Below the pieces are notes generated by a model. It was not told the origin of the DNA and ran no database searches. It worked only from the letters and a program-made list of their open reading frames with translations. Made by a program: the position numbers and the translations under genes. From assembly GCA_004022145.1 (NCBI GenBank), contig RCNU01000004.1: 64,000 nt of DNA; one strand, given 5' to 3'. Positions 21,460 to 35,770 of this stretch are shown one piece after another. Origin of the DNA: Paecilomyces variotii (Eukaryota). The number at the start of each line of letters is the position of its first letter. The stretch's first letter is position 1.

Positions 21460-23241
21460 ATGTCAGCGCAGGACAAGCCGCTAACCAAACGCTCCGTTGT
21501 ATCATCTTTGATATTTAAGTTTCCCGAATCTGGAAATGGAACGCCTGTTGTGGCTCTTTTTCGGAGGAGTGACAAAGTAAACACATATCGGTAGGTTAAT
21601 ATTACTTCTGTCGGTTGCTATCACCCAGAAGAATACAATGGGAAGGTCGATGAGATATTATATCTTGGCTGTTTCTTGCCAGTCCCAGTATGATGTCAAA
21701 GCTCATGTTCAGGGAATCGGGAGTCCTGATCTGTTCAGCCATATTTGATCTCAGGTTTCTTTATATAGTTGGACTTCATGTTCTAATAATTACCGGACAG
21801 TCACCATCTTGCGCCCATCTCAGGAAGCATCGATAAGACTGACCCAAATCCACTCTCTGCCGCGTGGCGGGAAATAAAAGAGGAAACGACACTAACTCCT
21901 GAATCTCTGGCATTATTTCGTCAAGGCAAGCCGTTTACTTTCAGTGACCCGTCTATTGGGAGAGAATGGACAATCCATCCGTTTGGCTTCCGCCTTAAGA
22001 CTAAGGATGAAGGTGGAAAAGGGGAGGAAGGTATCCAGACGGACTGGGAGCATGAGGGTTGGGAGTGGCACGATCCTAGTACTGTAATCGACAGTCAAGA
22101 ATTCGGCGGCGTCCCGCGACTGAAGGAAACTTTGAGCAGAGTCTGGTTCGAAACAGACATGGGGAAAGAAGCAGGGAATATATTGGCGGATGGTCTGGAT
22201 ACGCTGAAAAATGACCACGAGAGCGGGGCACGCGAGCTGGCCGCAATTGCTCTTTCTATCTTCCGAAAAGTGATCGTTGGAATGAGAGATGATATTGGTC
22301 GCGAACGCTGGTGGGAACTGGTCAGAATAGCCGGCTGGCACCTGTGGAAGAATGGGAGAGAGAGCATGGGCGCGGCAATTGTGAATGTTATAGTCAGCGC
22401 GTTGACTAGCATCGAGCGCATTATCTCCGACACCAGCGCCCATCCAGCTACCAAGAAGGATGAGATTCTCGCTGTCATCGATGAGATTGCCGAGAAACGG
22501 CAATCGACCGGAGCTTGCGTCAGTTCCAACTTTATATCATATCTAAGGACGAACGTCATCGGGGGAAGAAACGCATCTCCCGTCAAAATCCTCACTCTTT
22601 CATCCAGTTCAACGATCAGGTCAGCGCTTCTCCATATAGCTTTTATCCCGGACATTGAGAAACTAGAACTGCACGTTCTCGAATCTCGTCCTCTGTACGA
22701 GGGTGTCAGTATTGCCTCTGCCGTCCAGCCAGAATTCCAATCACGCTCAGTTCAATTGAAAACTACGATTTATACAGATGCATCTGCTGCGCTTGCTGCT
22801 AAGGATGTCGACATCCTTCTCCTCGGCGCCGACAGAATTGCATCTTCTGGTGACGTTAGCAACAAGACGGGCTCTCTACCTGCTGTTTTGAGCGCAAAGA
22901 ATGTCAATCCAGCGGCAAGGGTGGTTGTCCTCACCGAACTAGAGAAGGTTGCGGAGCCAGGCAGCGTGACTCAACATGTTACCGAAGAAAATGACCCTGA
23001 TGAAGTAATCAGAGGCTGGAAAAGCAGCGGTGTTAAAGGCTTTGATGTTGTTGAAAGAGAACTAAAGAGAGGGGATGGGCAAAATACTGCGCTCTCTGTG
23101 AAGAACATCTACTTTGAATGGGTCCCGGCGGACTTTATCGACGCCTACATCTGTGAAGAGGGTTCCTGGGACACTTCGCGCATCAAGGACCGCTCTAAGT
23201 GGGTTGGGGAACGGATTGATAGGTTGTTTGGAGCTCTGTAG
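21460..23241 (+). CDS. Nudix hydrolase fused to an eIF2B-alpha/MTR-1-P-isomerase-like domain, 2 exons
   Basis: ALFRRSDKVNTY, then intron 21591-21800, then SGSIDKTDPNPLSAAWREIKEET (Nudix box). C-terminal IF-2B-family motifs: SGARELA, ILTLSSSSTI, VLESRPLYEG, LLGADRIASSGDVSNKTGS, NIYFEWVP. Confidence 0.85.
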
Positions 23242-23507
23242 CCTCTGCCGTCTCTTCGTTATAGGGCTAATCGATATATAAGATCGAGGTCTGCCATGCT
23301 GCATGTTATTAGACATGCAAACACGTAGGAGTGCATTCTAGAAACATAGATGTGCGACGAACAAGGCCAAATTCATGAGAGATCCCATTTTTTGCCTTTA
23401 AAAAGAGTTATTTCAGCTGTTAGAAATCATACACCCAGGAAGGCAGCGCTAAAGTCCTGAACTCCTTTCCCCATCCCAATGCATACCCACGTGATAGTGT
23501 TAATAAA

Positions 23508-24586
23508 TCAAGGGATCTCCCCACTGCTGCCAGGAGCAGACAGAAGTTGAGCGTGCTTATTCATACTCTGTCTCAGATCATCCCAGTTCAAGCCATCAAT
23601 CTTCTGACCACCCAATGATTCGACCTCAGCGGAGTGATCTTTCAATTTGCCGGTTGCGAGACGTCTCATCAAGACAGTGTCTTTTGCACCATGGAGGGCC
23701 TTCGCCTTTCCGCGAAGCAGTACATCCTCGAACCACTCTTCCTCCGTTTCATCAAACGGCAAGTTGATGAGCTCAATGGCGAGGTTACTCCTGCTCTGGC
23801 CTGGCCCAGACCTGTGCACGAATACAACCAGCTGCTCGATGTAGCTCTTTCTGCTAGCTTCTCCATGTTTTCGGCTGAAGTAGAATGCTTCCGTAACACT
23901 GGAGCGGCAAAGGGTTTCAAAGAAGGCGCGTTGAACCTTCTCTGATGCGAGCGGCGGGGAGACGGTAAGATAATACGCCATGGCGAGGCTATCATCATGT
24001 CTGGGAATCTTCTGCAACGTGAGGACGTAAAGGATCTCGTCGGGAAATGTTGGAATTAAGGACGGTTCAGTCAAGTATTCTAGTGCTCGCTGTCATTGGA
24101 GTCCAGTCAATAACTGATCGCTGAAATTAGAGAACCAGAAACACATACCCTGAATTCTAACCGGTCCAGGTACCATAAGCCGTCAATGAACAGCTTGTAT
24201 TTCTCCGGTAGATAGCACTTGCGCGCAAACTGAGCGGCAGCATCGTTGGCTGCGCGACAATCCCGCAGAATATAGTAGATCAAGGATTGTTTGTGGTGGC
24301 TCGGGAAGGGGGACGCGACAATTTGCTTGTATAATGTGCGGAGGTCTTGATTTGATCTGGGAGGATAGGCCTTCGTAACTGCGATTTGTCAGATCAGGAA
24401 ATGGCATTGTAGCTGACCGGAGAAGAGTTTACCTGCTTTGACGCCGAGCAGGGAGAGCAGTCGGTCGACGAAGAGTTGGTTCTCGAGACTCCGGCGGTTG
24501 GACTGGATCTGTTCCACCAGCTTCCCGTCGTATGTAAAGTTCCTACTGAAATGGAAGGTCGCATCAAAGTCCTCCCACGGCGCCAT
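23508..24586 (-). CDS. ELYS-like nucleoporin (nuclear pore assembly), 3 exons
   Basis: LFVDRLL..YILRDC..GLWYLDRLEF..LEYLTEPSLIPTFPDEIL..LAMAYYLTVSPPL..SVTEAFYFSR matches the ELYS domain pattern as I recall it. Divergent from SMC4. Confidence 0.72.
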
Positions 24587-24905
24587 GGTGACTGGCGCGC
24601 AAACAGTTGGCTTTTCTGTAATGTGAAGCTTGTTGTTTTCCTTGCTTGTGTCTTGCTGTCGCAGAGTAACTCCTCGATAATTACCTGTTACGGTACAATA
24701 CACCTCGCTGACATCAGCAGGGCGGTCAGACCGCACGTGCCACAAGCCGGGGCAGAAACGGCCTGGCCTTTCCTCTTCGGGCGTAAACGTAAACAACCCA
24801 CGTCCTGGCGCAAAACACAAGCGACCGAGCCGGCCGTTCATCAACGAACAATCATCTTTCTACCTTCATGTGTCGGCCATCATCGGTCGGGACGAACTTA
24901 TCATA

Positions 24906-27900
24906 ATGTCCTCAATCGCCAAGGGACGACCATCACGGCGTGCCTCCGCAAGGAGGAGCTTCGTTGTCGAAGAGAGTTCAGAGGATGACAGGCGCAGCAG
25001 TGTCACCCCCACGGTTTCGAGTCATGACGGCGATAATGGCGAAGAGAACGAAGACGAATATACCCCGGTCGCGACAAAGATGCCAGTGAAGCGGAGGAGA
25101 AGGACGACAGCAGATCTTCCAGCACCCAGGGCGGCACGCCCCTCACGAGGCCGACGAGCAAAGACGGGCGATCACCTGGACACTTCGTCGCGAGCCCCAG
25201 ACGAAGGAAGTAGTATTGCGACGACCACGACGATAGAAGAGAAGGAACAGGAGAACGAGAATGAGAAAGAGGAAGAACAAGAAGAAGCGGAACCGGAGTC
25301 ACCTTCAAAGAATGCGCTGGAAACACGTAAAAGAAAGAGTATGGCTCATCCCCGCAAGAGTCGTGTATCAACCACGCCAGCTCCGGAACAGTCCTCACTC
25401 CCAACACCAGAACCCTCAGCCTCGCCGGAACCCGAACGTCGAATCCGAAGAGAAAGCCCCCTTACCGACATTACCGAGTCGGCCGTAAACCAGACCCCGA
25501 AGCCAGCGGAGGAGCCGAGATCGCAGATCTCCCCCGTGAATCCGATGTCGACGACGTTGGAGAAGCCAATGGACATAGTTCTGAAGTCGCGGACCTTGGC
25601 ACCGCCTGCAGTGGAAGAGCCGACGGGTCCAAAGCCACGTATGGTCATCACCCATTTGGTGCTAACGAACTTCAAGAGTTACGCAGGGAGACAAGTGGTT
25701 GGACCGTTCCACGTCTCTTTCTCTGCTGTTGTTGGACCGAACGGATCCGGCAAATCGAACGTTATAGACTCGCTACTGTTCGTCTTTGGCTTTCGCGCCA
25801 GTAAAATGAGGCAAGGGAAGATTTCTGCTTTAATTCATAACTCTGCGAATTTCCCTGACCTACCCTTCTGTGAGGTGGAGGTCCATTTCCAGGAGATTAT
25901 GGACCTCCCAGGAGGTGCTCACGAAGTCGTTCCAGATTCCCAACTAATCGTCTCCCGAAAGGCGTTCAAGAACAATACCAGCAAGTACTACATGAATAAA
26001 AAGGAGACTAACTTCACAGTCGTGACCAATTTCCTCCGCGAGCGTGGAATCGATCTCGACCATAAGCGTTTCCTGATTCTACAGGGTGAAGTGGAGTCTA
26101 TCGCTCAAATGAAGCCGAAAGCCGCAAACGAACACGATGATGGCCTGTTGGAATATCTAGAGGACATTATCGGAACTTCCAAATACAAGACTCCGATTGA
26201 AGAAGCAGCAACTGAAGTTGAGACTCTCAATGAAGTCTGCGCTGAAAAGAATAACCGTGTCCAGCACGTCGAGAAGGAGAAGAATGCCCTGGAAGACAAG
26301 AAAAACAAAGCGCTTGCCTACCTCAGAGACGAGAACGAGCTTGTTCAGAAGCAGTCGGCTCTATACCAAATTTACATCAATGAATGCGAGGACAATACTC
26401 GGGTAACCGAGGAAGCCATTCTACAGATGCAGGAGCTACTCAACCTGGAACTTGAGAAGCATGAAGGCAACGAATCAGGGATCAAGGAACTCGAGAAGGC
26501 CTACAAGCGAGGCATGAAAGAATACGAAAGTATGGACAAGGCAACGCAGGCTATGCTCAAGGAAATCGCAAAATACGACAAGGAGTCTGTTAAGTTTGAA
26601 GAGAAGAGGAAGTTCCTAGTGGGTAAGCAGAAGAAGCTGGAGAAGGCCATGCAGGCTAGCCGCCTCGCAGGATCAGAATCCGAAAGCTTGGTCGAAAAGC
26701 ATGCCTATGATATCGAGAAAAAGACTGCAGAGATTGCGGACCTCGAGAAGGAGATGAAAGCGGAAGAGGAGGAGCTGTCCTCCATTCGTGAAGGTCTGAA
26801 AGGCAAGACCCAGGGTCTCTCTGACCAGATAACGGCCAAGCAGAAATCTCTAGAACCGTGGAACACAAAAATTAACGAGAAGCTGTCTGCCGTTGCCGTG
26901 GCACAGAGTGAACTGGACATTCTGCGTGAGAAGAGCAATGCCGGCGCTGTGGCACTGGAGGAAGCGCAGTCGAAGATTGCTTCGATTGAGGAGTCCTTGT
27001 CTGAGAAAGAGGCCAATCTCGAAGAGCGACGCCAGCAGAAAGCGGAGCTAGAGGCAGAACTCGCGAAGCTCGAGGGCGAGATGAAGAAGCTGTCGCAGAA
27101 AGAACCGGAAATCCGCTCTCACGTCTCAAGCGCCCGGCAGAAAGCCGATGAAGCAAGAGCTAGCCTTGCCAGTACCCAGAACAGAGGCAGCGTTTTGACT
27201 GGTCTCATGAGACTCAAAGAATCAGGGCGTATCGATGGTTTCCATGGACGACTCGGTGATCTCGGAACTATCGACGAGAAGTATGATGTTGCCATTTCGA
27301 CAGCATGCCCTGCTCTCGAAAACATGGTCGTTGATTCTGTTGAGGTGGGTCAACAATGCATTGACTACCTGCGAAAGAACAATCTGGGAAGAGCCAACTT
27401 TATTCTACTTGATCGACTTGCTCGCCGAGATATGTCTTCAATCTATACGCCGGAGAGCGTTCCTCGACTCTTCGACCTGGTGAAGCCCAAGGATCCGAAG
27501 TTCGCACCCGCGTTCTATAGTGTTATGCAGAACACCCTCGTGGCCAAAGATCTCGACCAGGCAAATAGAATCGCTTACGGTGCCCGGCGATGGCGTGTTG
27601 TAACGCTTGATGGCCAGCTAATTGACGTCTCGGGAACAATGAGTGGTGGTGGCACGCGTGTCGCCAGAGGTGGCATGTCTTCCAAGCAGGTCGCCGACAC
27701 ATCCAAAGAGCAGGTAACAAAGCTCGAGAACGACCGCGACGATATGGAGAGAAAGTTCCAAGTTTTCCAGGAGAAGCAGAGACAGGTAGAATCTCAAATC
27801 AGGGAGAAGTCTGAGGAAATCCCTCGTGTCGAGACTAAGATCCAGAAAATCCTCATCGAAATTGAGAGTGCGAATCGCAGCCTTGCGGATGCCAAACGGA

Positions 27901-29422
27901 GAATCAAGGAAATCAGCGCTGAGCATAAGCCATCCAAGACAGACGATAGCCGTGCCGCGGCGCTTGAAAAACAAATTTCGTCCTTGGAAGCGGATATTGA
28001 AGAATTGCGATCTCAAAAGGGTGGAATTGAGGAAGAGATCCAGTCCCTGCAGGATAAGATTATGCAGGTTGGCGGTGTCAAACTCAGAAGTCAGAAGGCC
28101 AAGGTCGATGGCCTCAAGGAGCAGATCAGCCTGCTTGCTGAAGAAATCTCGAATGCTGAAGTCGCCAAATCCAAGAACGAGAAGCTTATCATCAAGCATG
28201 AGAAGTCTCGTCGAGATGCCGAGAAGGAACTGGGGCATGTCGCTGAAGAGCTTGAGCATCTCAACGATGATGTCCAGAACCAAGCCAATGATGCATCTGG
28301 CTCGAGACAGAAGGCTGAAGAAGCTCAAGAGGTAAGGTGAGCTCGTGCGATGCAGTGAAGCAGACTAACTCCTTTTGTCAGGCCCTCGAGACGAAGAAAG
28401 GCGAGCTGAAGGCTCTAAAGAACGAGCTGGACGAAAAGACAGCAGAGCTCAATGAAACGAGAGCTGTAGAGATTGAGATGCGCAACAAGTTGGATGAAAA
28501 CCAGAAAGTTCTCGCGGAGAACCAGAAGAGGAGCAGATACTGGGAAGACAAACTATCCAAGCTCAAATTGCAGAATCTCAGCGATCTAGGGGACGATGAG
28601 CAGCAGACCGCTGAACTTCAGAGATATACGAATGATGAACTGGCCGAGATGAACAAGGAGTCGTTGAAGGCCGTAATTGCCACCCTCGAAGAGAAAGTCC
28701 AGAATGCCTCGGTTGACCTGTCGGTCATCGAAGAATATCGCCGTCGGGTTGCTGAGCATGAGTCGCGTTCAGCAGACCTAGCTACTGCGTTGTCGTCGCG
28801 TGATAATGCCAAGTCTCGCTTGGACAGTTTGCGTTCTGCTCGGCTTACTGGGTTTATGGAAGGATTCAGCACGATCTCCCTGCGTCTCAAAGAGATGTAC
28901 CAGATGATCACAATGGGTGGTAATGCTGAGCTCGAGCTAGTTGATTCCTTGGATCCTTTCTCCGAAGGTATCCTATTCTCTGTCATGCCACCAAAGAAGA
29001 GTTGGAAGAATATCAGCAACTTGTCCGGTGGTGAAAAGACATTATCAAGTTTGGCACTCGTCTTCGCACTTCACCATTACAAGCCGACTCCTCTTTACGT
29101 CATGGACGAAATTGACGCCGCTCTGGACTTTAGAAACGTGAGTGATACCCGCAACGCCTTCAATGGAAGGGAAACTTAACGTCATTGTTTTAGGTCTCCA
29201 TTGTCGCTTCATACATTAAGGAGCGGACGAAGAATGCCCAGTTTGTTGTCATTTCACTCAGAAACAATATGGTAAGGACCTGCATCCTTCATTGTTAAGT
29301 GGACTCAGCTAATATTGTGTTAATAGTTCGAACTTGCGTCTCGTCTTGTGGGTGTATACAAAGTCAACCACATGACGAAGAGTGTGACGGTTGAGAACAA
29401 GGACTACATTACTGGACGATGA
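24906..29422 (+). CDS. SMC4: Condensin subunit Smc4/Cut3
   Basis: Walker A VGPNGSGKSN, FLILQGEVE Q-loop, long coiled coils, hinge GFHGRLGDLG..GTMSGGG, signature LSGGEK, Walker B YVMDEIDAALD. Three introns near the 3' end. Confidence 0.97.
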
Positions 29423-29785
29423 TCATACGTTAACTGTTCATAAATACCATTGTTTCTCGATGGATTAAGGTGTTGATTTGCCTCGGTTGGAAGGTTGGCT
29501 TCTATGACTGGTTACTAGGGCTTGGTGATATCCTGTTTCTATGATTACGGTTACGTTATAGGTGATCTGACAGCGCACATGGTTTGGAAGGGGTTGGAAT
29601 TGATTTGATATTCTTCAACGTATCTGTCACAATGACTTTTATGTGCGCTTCTGGTTGAGAAAGCCTAGGTAGTCCTAATCATTGTCGAATTATCGAACGC
29701 GGGCAACGACTGCAGAGCAATTTGACTCACAACACCACATGACATCGCCAGTGATCTGTCGCATTGCTTTCGAGAATTGCTTCTG

Positions 29786-31158
29786 CTACTGACTCCCTGT
29801 CCAACTCGATCCCACTGTTCTGATTCCAGGACCGCAACCTGTTAACCCATTCAGTACGCCTTGATCCATCGTATTAATAGCCACTTCACACAAAGCCTGT
29901 AACTCATCTTCACTGTAGCCAAAGTTAGGAAGCGAATGTTGTATGTCCTTTCCTGGGTTATTCCGTGCAATGAACTGGATGTCTCGAATCGTCCGAACCT
30001 TACGCCTCTCAGCGTCATTTGCTGCGCGTGGCGACCATGCAGGGGTACCTTCGTCCATTCTGGCGTAGATACCATAACTAATGGATTCACGTGGTGGACG
30101 AAGGATAACCTCGAGCCGAATTCGTTCATGGACCTGACTCGAGCTCTCTTTCCAGTTTGGACCAAATAAGAGCTCCAAGTTCTCTGGTGTGTCTTCGCCG
30201 GTAATGACGAGCCGTCGCAGTGGTTGGCTAAGACAAGTCAGCTCTTGAAATTATTATTCGGTTAGACGTAATGTCCTCACATCACATTGTTGCTCCCTTG
30301 TCCTTTTGGAAGGGTCAACTTAATTGATCTAGCTAAAGCTCGTGCTTCGGGCACTCTGTAGGCAATTTCGTTGTAATACTGAGAAGCGCTCATGGGACTG
30401 ATTTCAAAGCCCGGAATGGCATCGTTTTCTGGTAGTGCACTTGAAGGACCCCCGCAGATTTGTATATGTTCCGGAGTATCCAAGAACTGACAGTCCCTGG
30501 AGCAGTAGTATACGTCTCGACATCCTGGACAAGGATGCAAGGGATCTGAGAGGGGAAACAGCTTCTTGCATCCATGGCAGAACTGGGCGTTCACACCAGG
30601 GAATTCCATTTCAGATTGTCCGAGGCTCTGGTTCTGATGTTTGAGACGCGCCAGTTCACAAAGGACCCTAGACCATGATTCGTCCGCCACTAGATCCTCG
30701 TATGCGTTTCCCCAGCTTATGGAGCAAAGTTCCTTTCTCACACCCATCCTTTCCAGTTTCTTTCCAAGGGCTTCTGCAAGAGCTTGATCTTTCGTGGCCC
30801 AACTGAATGGAACAGAGAGTAGTCGTTGTGGTATACGTTCCCCGTTCGGACCGCCGCTGAGACCGTAAACGAATGCTTTCAGGAGGAGAGGTGCGACAAC
30901 TTCAGCTTGAGCCTCTGGTGAAGGGAGAGTTAGCACCGCGTAGGGACCTTCACAGTGGACGAGGCCACTGGAAGGATGAATAAAGTGGACGAGGTCGCCA
31001 GGAGGACTCAGGGGCACATGTCTGATGCTGAAGTACCAGTGGTTAACTAGGCCGCTTGGTGTTGTTGCATGTTGCGGTAACCTGTTGAAGGTCTGGACCA
31101 TATAACGGATCTCGAGCGGTTGCAAGGGAGAAAGGTCGATGTTCGAAGGACTAGACAT
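29786..31158 (-). CDS. MYND zinc-finger protein, 2 exons
   Basis: CHGC..CPGCRDVYYCSRDCQ..EHIQIC. A short intron near 30230-30280 links the two ORFs (..NNV / PLRRLVITGEDTPENLELLFGP). Confidence 0.75.
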
Positions 31159-32807
31159 GATTGAGCTCTCTAATGAGATAGATTGAGAGCTTCAGTTATC
31201 TGACGGAAGTAGGAATACTGTAGAAGTAGAGCTATAAGTAGCGCGATGATAACAAAGAATTGTGAGTAACAAATACTCTAAATGCTACCAGTGAATGTTG
31301 TCTTGGGTGAACAAAAGCAACTTCGGACATGCAACATGCTTCTAGCCTGTGTTATACCTTCTCTTTCAGCTCCTTTTTGCATGTCACTGATATCCTGGAG
31401 CAATCCGTTTGCTTGGCTCTTATCAGTTTGTTTTTGCTTGTAATTTATGAAAAAGATTAGCTTTTGATTGTTAAAGTCAAACCAGTAGGTTAACTCAACT
31501 GATGGGACGAAACATGGATATAAAGATTTGTTGACATTTCTACTAAGATCCTACTGATAATCCATTCGTCAAACAAATGGGTTCTTGTTAGGTGAAGGGG
31601 TGGGTTAGGTGGCTGAAACAATCTATTTAAAAGTACCTAGATTTGCTTGCTATAATTGCAACTTCATGTCCTGTTAATTGAGACAGCAGAAAAATCGATT
31701 TTTAGACCTACAAAGAGGTTGCATAGCCGGTCGTCACGTTAGAGGCGAATAGAACTAAACACTGAAATCAACTGCTGACTGTAGTTCTGTGTTATTGGGC
31801 CTACAAAGATTAATTTGAGAGGAAACACACAACTTCAATATTTTAGATAGTAATGTGTTTATTGGGCGATAGTAATAGCTATAGCACTATATTATCTCGT
31901 ATCTGTAGACCACTCGACCAAAAGGATATTTCTCCTTTTGGTTATCTTAACATACTATGATCAGCTCCAGTGTATAAACATGCGATCGTTCATCTCCACC
32001 GCTATAACCAAATAATTTTTGGACAATTTCTCGCTTACTCCAAGGTAGCTTAAAGGGAAAACTTAGAGAAAGTCCTTTTCAATACCACATATAATGCTGC
32101 AGTGCGGAAAGTGAAGCTTAATACTTTTTAGACTTTCAGGAATATCCCCATGTGTTTATCCACCAAACAGGAGGAAGCATATTACTTAGTGCTATGGCCT
32201 TTTCTTAACCTCCAAAATGTCCGTGCATCGAAAGCCGATCATCTTCCCCATGCGGTAAGACGAGACCAATTCAAGCCACTTGTGCATCGGCGGGATCTTG
32301 ATTCCCGCAAGGGTCATGAGAGTCATACATTTCTATTGTTTCCCTCGTAATTTGAAGAAACCAAAAACCTATTTCATATACGAGAATACTCGCAGTTATG
32401 GCAGCTGGCCCATTATCTTCTTTCAACAGTCCTCAGCGGTCTGTTTGGACCTGTCATATCAAAACCTGTCGATGCTGTGTTTGGAATGCGATGAGCGCCG
32501 GCAAGCGTACCTCGCAGGATCTACTCTCCGGAGTTCCCCTCCTGCGATCTGTGATCTTCGGTCTTACACCGAACATAATGCGGGGTAAGCGAAAATAACA
32601 GATGTAACAGGAACGCTTTTGCTACTTCTCCTCTTCTGTCATGATGCCAAGTAGTGCGCTATGACATGAAGCATGGCCACGCATGCCGGTCGGAGTACGG
32701 TCCGTGGGGAGTATAGAGACAGTTAAATAGAGCTTCTTGTGAGAAACGACACCTGAGTACATGTATCCTCGAGAGTTAGCATTCTAAGCCGAAGTTCGTC
32801 TTGCACC

Positions 32808-35770
32808 ATGCTTGTTCGCGATCTTATTGTGTACAGCATATTTTCTATCTCTGGAGTGACTGCGACTCCTATTGATTACTCCCAATATGTCAACCCGTTC
32901 ATAGGATCAGAGGGCCCCATTGCTGGGAAGGGATTCGGTGGAGGTGACATTTTTGTTGGTGGTGCGCTGCCCTTTGGCGTAGTGAAGGTTGGAATAGACA
33001 CCACCGCCGCGAATTGGTCAATTGCGGTCCTCAATGGCGGATGGACTCCAGATGGCAATGTCACGGGAATAAGTACGTTCTCTCATGGAGTGTGTGTGTA
33101 TAGGAAGTCGTTTAATAACGGAATACAGGCATGATGCACGAGAGTGGTACAGGAGGTGCACCTAAATATGGACTGATTAGCCAAATGCCATTGACTTCTA
33201 TCGCTCCCCCGGTCAATATTCTCGACAATTTGACTTATAGTCAGCCCAGGGTATGTCTTGAAGCTCTAATATTTTGAGGCTAAATAGAATCTAAAAGAAC
33301 GGTGTAGGTTGGCAATGATACTGCTAGTGTGGGGTATTTCAAGAGTCAGCTACAAAATGGCGTCACGATTGAACTATCTGGGTCCAGACATTCTGGTATC
33401 ATTCAGTATTCTTTTCCAGAGGGTGAGAAGCATGTACTCGTCGACGTATCCCATGTAAGCAATCTTCTTCCCTATCCAAGACAGTCATCCAGGATTTAAC
33501 AGCTCCGCAGTATCTCCCAGGATCACCGAGTGATACAAGTCCACAATTTTATGTTGGAGGCGAGATTGAGATATCACAGGATGGTGCCTCATACAGTGGA
33601 TATGGCACGTATATTGGCGGCTGGAACAACGGTTTGTCTATATTTCTAATCCGGAATTAGCCGCACACACTCATAGCTGAACTAGGCGCCCCGTTCACTG
33701 TGTACTTCTACGGGGAATTCAATCACAAGCCCAGCACATCGCAGACATTCACTGGGGTTAATACTGATCCTATTCCTCGGTATCAGAATCTCGCAAATGG
33801 CGGGATCAGCGAACCTGTCTACGGGAATATCTCCAAAGCGACATCTGGTCCTCTGAATGACCGCGTCGGAGCGCTTTTTACCTGGGATGATAGCAGTCAA
33901 TCTTCACAGATCAGCTCCCGCGTTGGCATTTCTTTTATCTCAGTGGACAAAGCTCACTCATACATCAAGTCAGAAATCAGCTCTTGGAATTTGAACGATA
34001 CTGTCACCGCGGCAGTAAAAGAATGGAACCAGGATGTCTTCAGTAAAATCCAAGTTCCCCTTGGACAGTCTGCTAATTTCACACATTTGAGATTGCTGTA
34101 CAGTTCTCTGTACTTTATGCATCTCATGCCGTCTGATCGTAGTGGAGAGAATCCTCTGTGGGAATCGGACGAACCATTCTGGGATGACTTTTACACAATG
34201 TGTAAGTTCCATATCTCAATAACTGCGGATACAAAGAGCTCATTACAATGTAGGGGACATCTTCCGTTGCACTGTCAGCTTTTACCATCTTGTGCAGCCT
34301 ACTTACTACGAATCTATGATCCGATCCCTTATCGATATCTGGAGGTAAGAAAGACATTACATTTTTAGGGAACTGTCATTTTTGACCACGTCCTTTTATA
34401 GACATCAAGGCTTCCTGCCAGATGGACGGTCCGGTAATTGGAACGGACTGGTCCAGGGAGGTTCCAATGCAGACAACGTTTTGGCCGATGCCTACGTTAA
34501 GGGCTTGCGGGGAGCGATCAATTGGACGGACGGCTATGCAGCAATGAAGAAAGATGCTGAGGTCATACCCTACAATACTTACGATCCTACTGATTATACC
34601 GCCAGCACAAAAGAAGGTCGTGGTGCGCTGGGCGACTGGAAGGAGTTAGGATATGTATCTCAGGACCGAAACACTCGATGCATTTCTCGGACCGTGGAGT
34701 ACAGTCTTAATGATTTTGCTCTCAGTCAAGTTGCCGCTGGGGAGGTGCCCGAGGATCAGCAGAAATACTTGAAACGCTCAGCTAACTGGCAAAATATATG
34801 GGATCATAACGTCACCAGTCTAGGTTTCGCCGGGTTCCTGGCACCCAAGTTCTCGAATGGGACCTTCAATACTACCTATGATCCTTTACTTTGCGGTGGA
34901 TGTGAGTGGGTCGATTATACGTACGAAGCTGTTCCGTGGGGTAAGTTATGTTGCCAGCCCACAGAAGAAAGATGGCGCTGATATTGAAAGAATACTCCTT
35001 CGTAATTCCTCATGACATGGAGACCCTGGTTGAATTCATGGGCGGACCGACGACTTTCGAGTCTCGTCTGGACTTGATGGTGAGTATGGAAAGGATTAAC
35101 CGTAACCCCATATGCCCTCTAACAGCCTCTTCAGTTCAAACCAAATATGAGCCAGCAAAGTCTCGGCGCAAATGGGGCTGGTATCACAACTCTGATGAAC
35201 ATCGGGTTAGTATATACCTGTCCTTTTATAGAACTGATGCTAAAAGACCGTACCTAGCAACGAGCCCGATTTTGCGACTCCTTATCTCTACCATTACATT
35301 AGCAAACAAGCCAAAAGTGTCCAACAATCACGTAGTCTGGCTAATCAATAGTAAGTATCTCGACAACCTCAATTCAACTACACTAACAGCAATCGCGCAG
35401 CTTCAAGGATGCGCCGTATGGGATTCCCGGGAACTCAGATGCTGGGGCCATGAATTCGTGGCTACTATGGAACATCATCGGAATTTATCCCGTCGTCACC
35501 CAACCCGTTTACCTGCTAGGTTCACCGTGGTTTCCAGATCTCAACATGACCATCAATGGTAACAAGACGTTGCGTATTACTGCGACAGGGCAAGACAAGG
35601 GAAATTTCGTCCAAGGAGTCCAGATTAATGGGAAGCAGTGGAACAAGAACTGGTTCGAGCACAAAGATGTCATGGTTGACGGAGGCATCATTGAATTCCA
35701 ACTCGGGTCGGAGATGAAGGTCTGGGAAACCGGAGAGGTACCCCCGAGTCCCGGACATTATACGCTGTAG
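32808..35770 (+). CDS. Secreted alpha-1,2-mannosidase, glycoside hydrolase family 92, many introns
   Basis: Signal peptide; YVNPFIG, GALPFGVVK, HESGTGG, LYSSLYFMHLMP, DDFYT-WD-FR, QGGSNADNVLADAY, SRTVEYSLNDF, NEPDF, PGNSDAGAMNSW. Confidence 0.92.

Noticed and set aside
21640..21735. Box C/D snoRNA in the 210-nt intron of the Nudix fusion gene
   Set aside because: The C box is degenerate (TCGATGA) and I could not identify a convincing rRNA guide of 10 nt or more; it would need snoscan.
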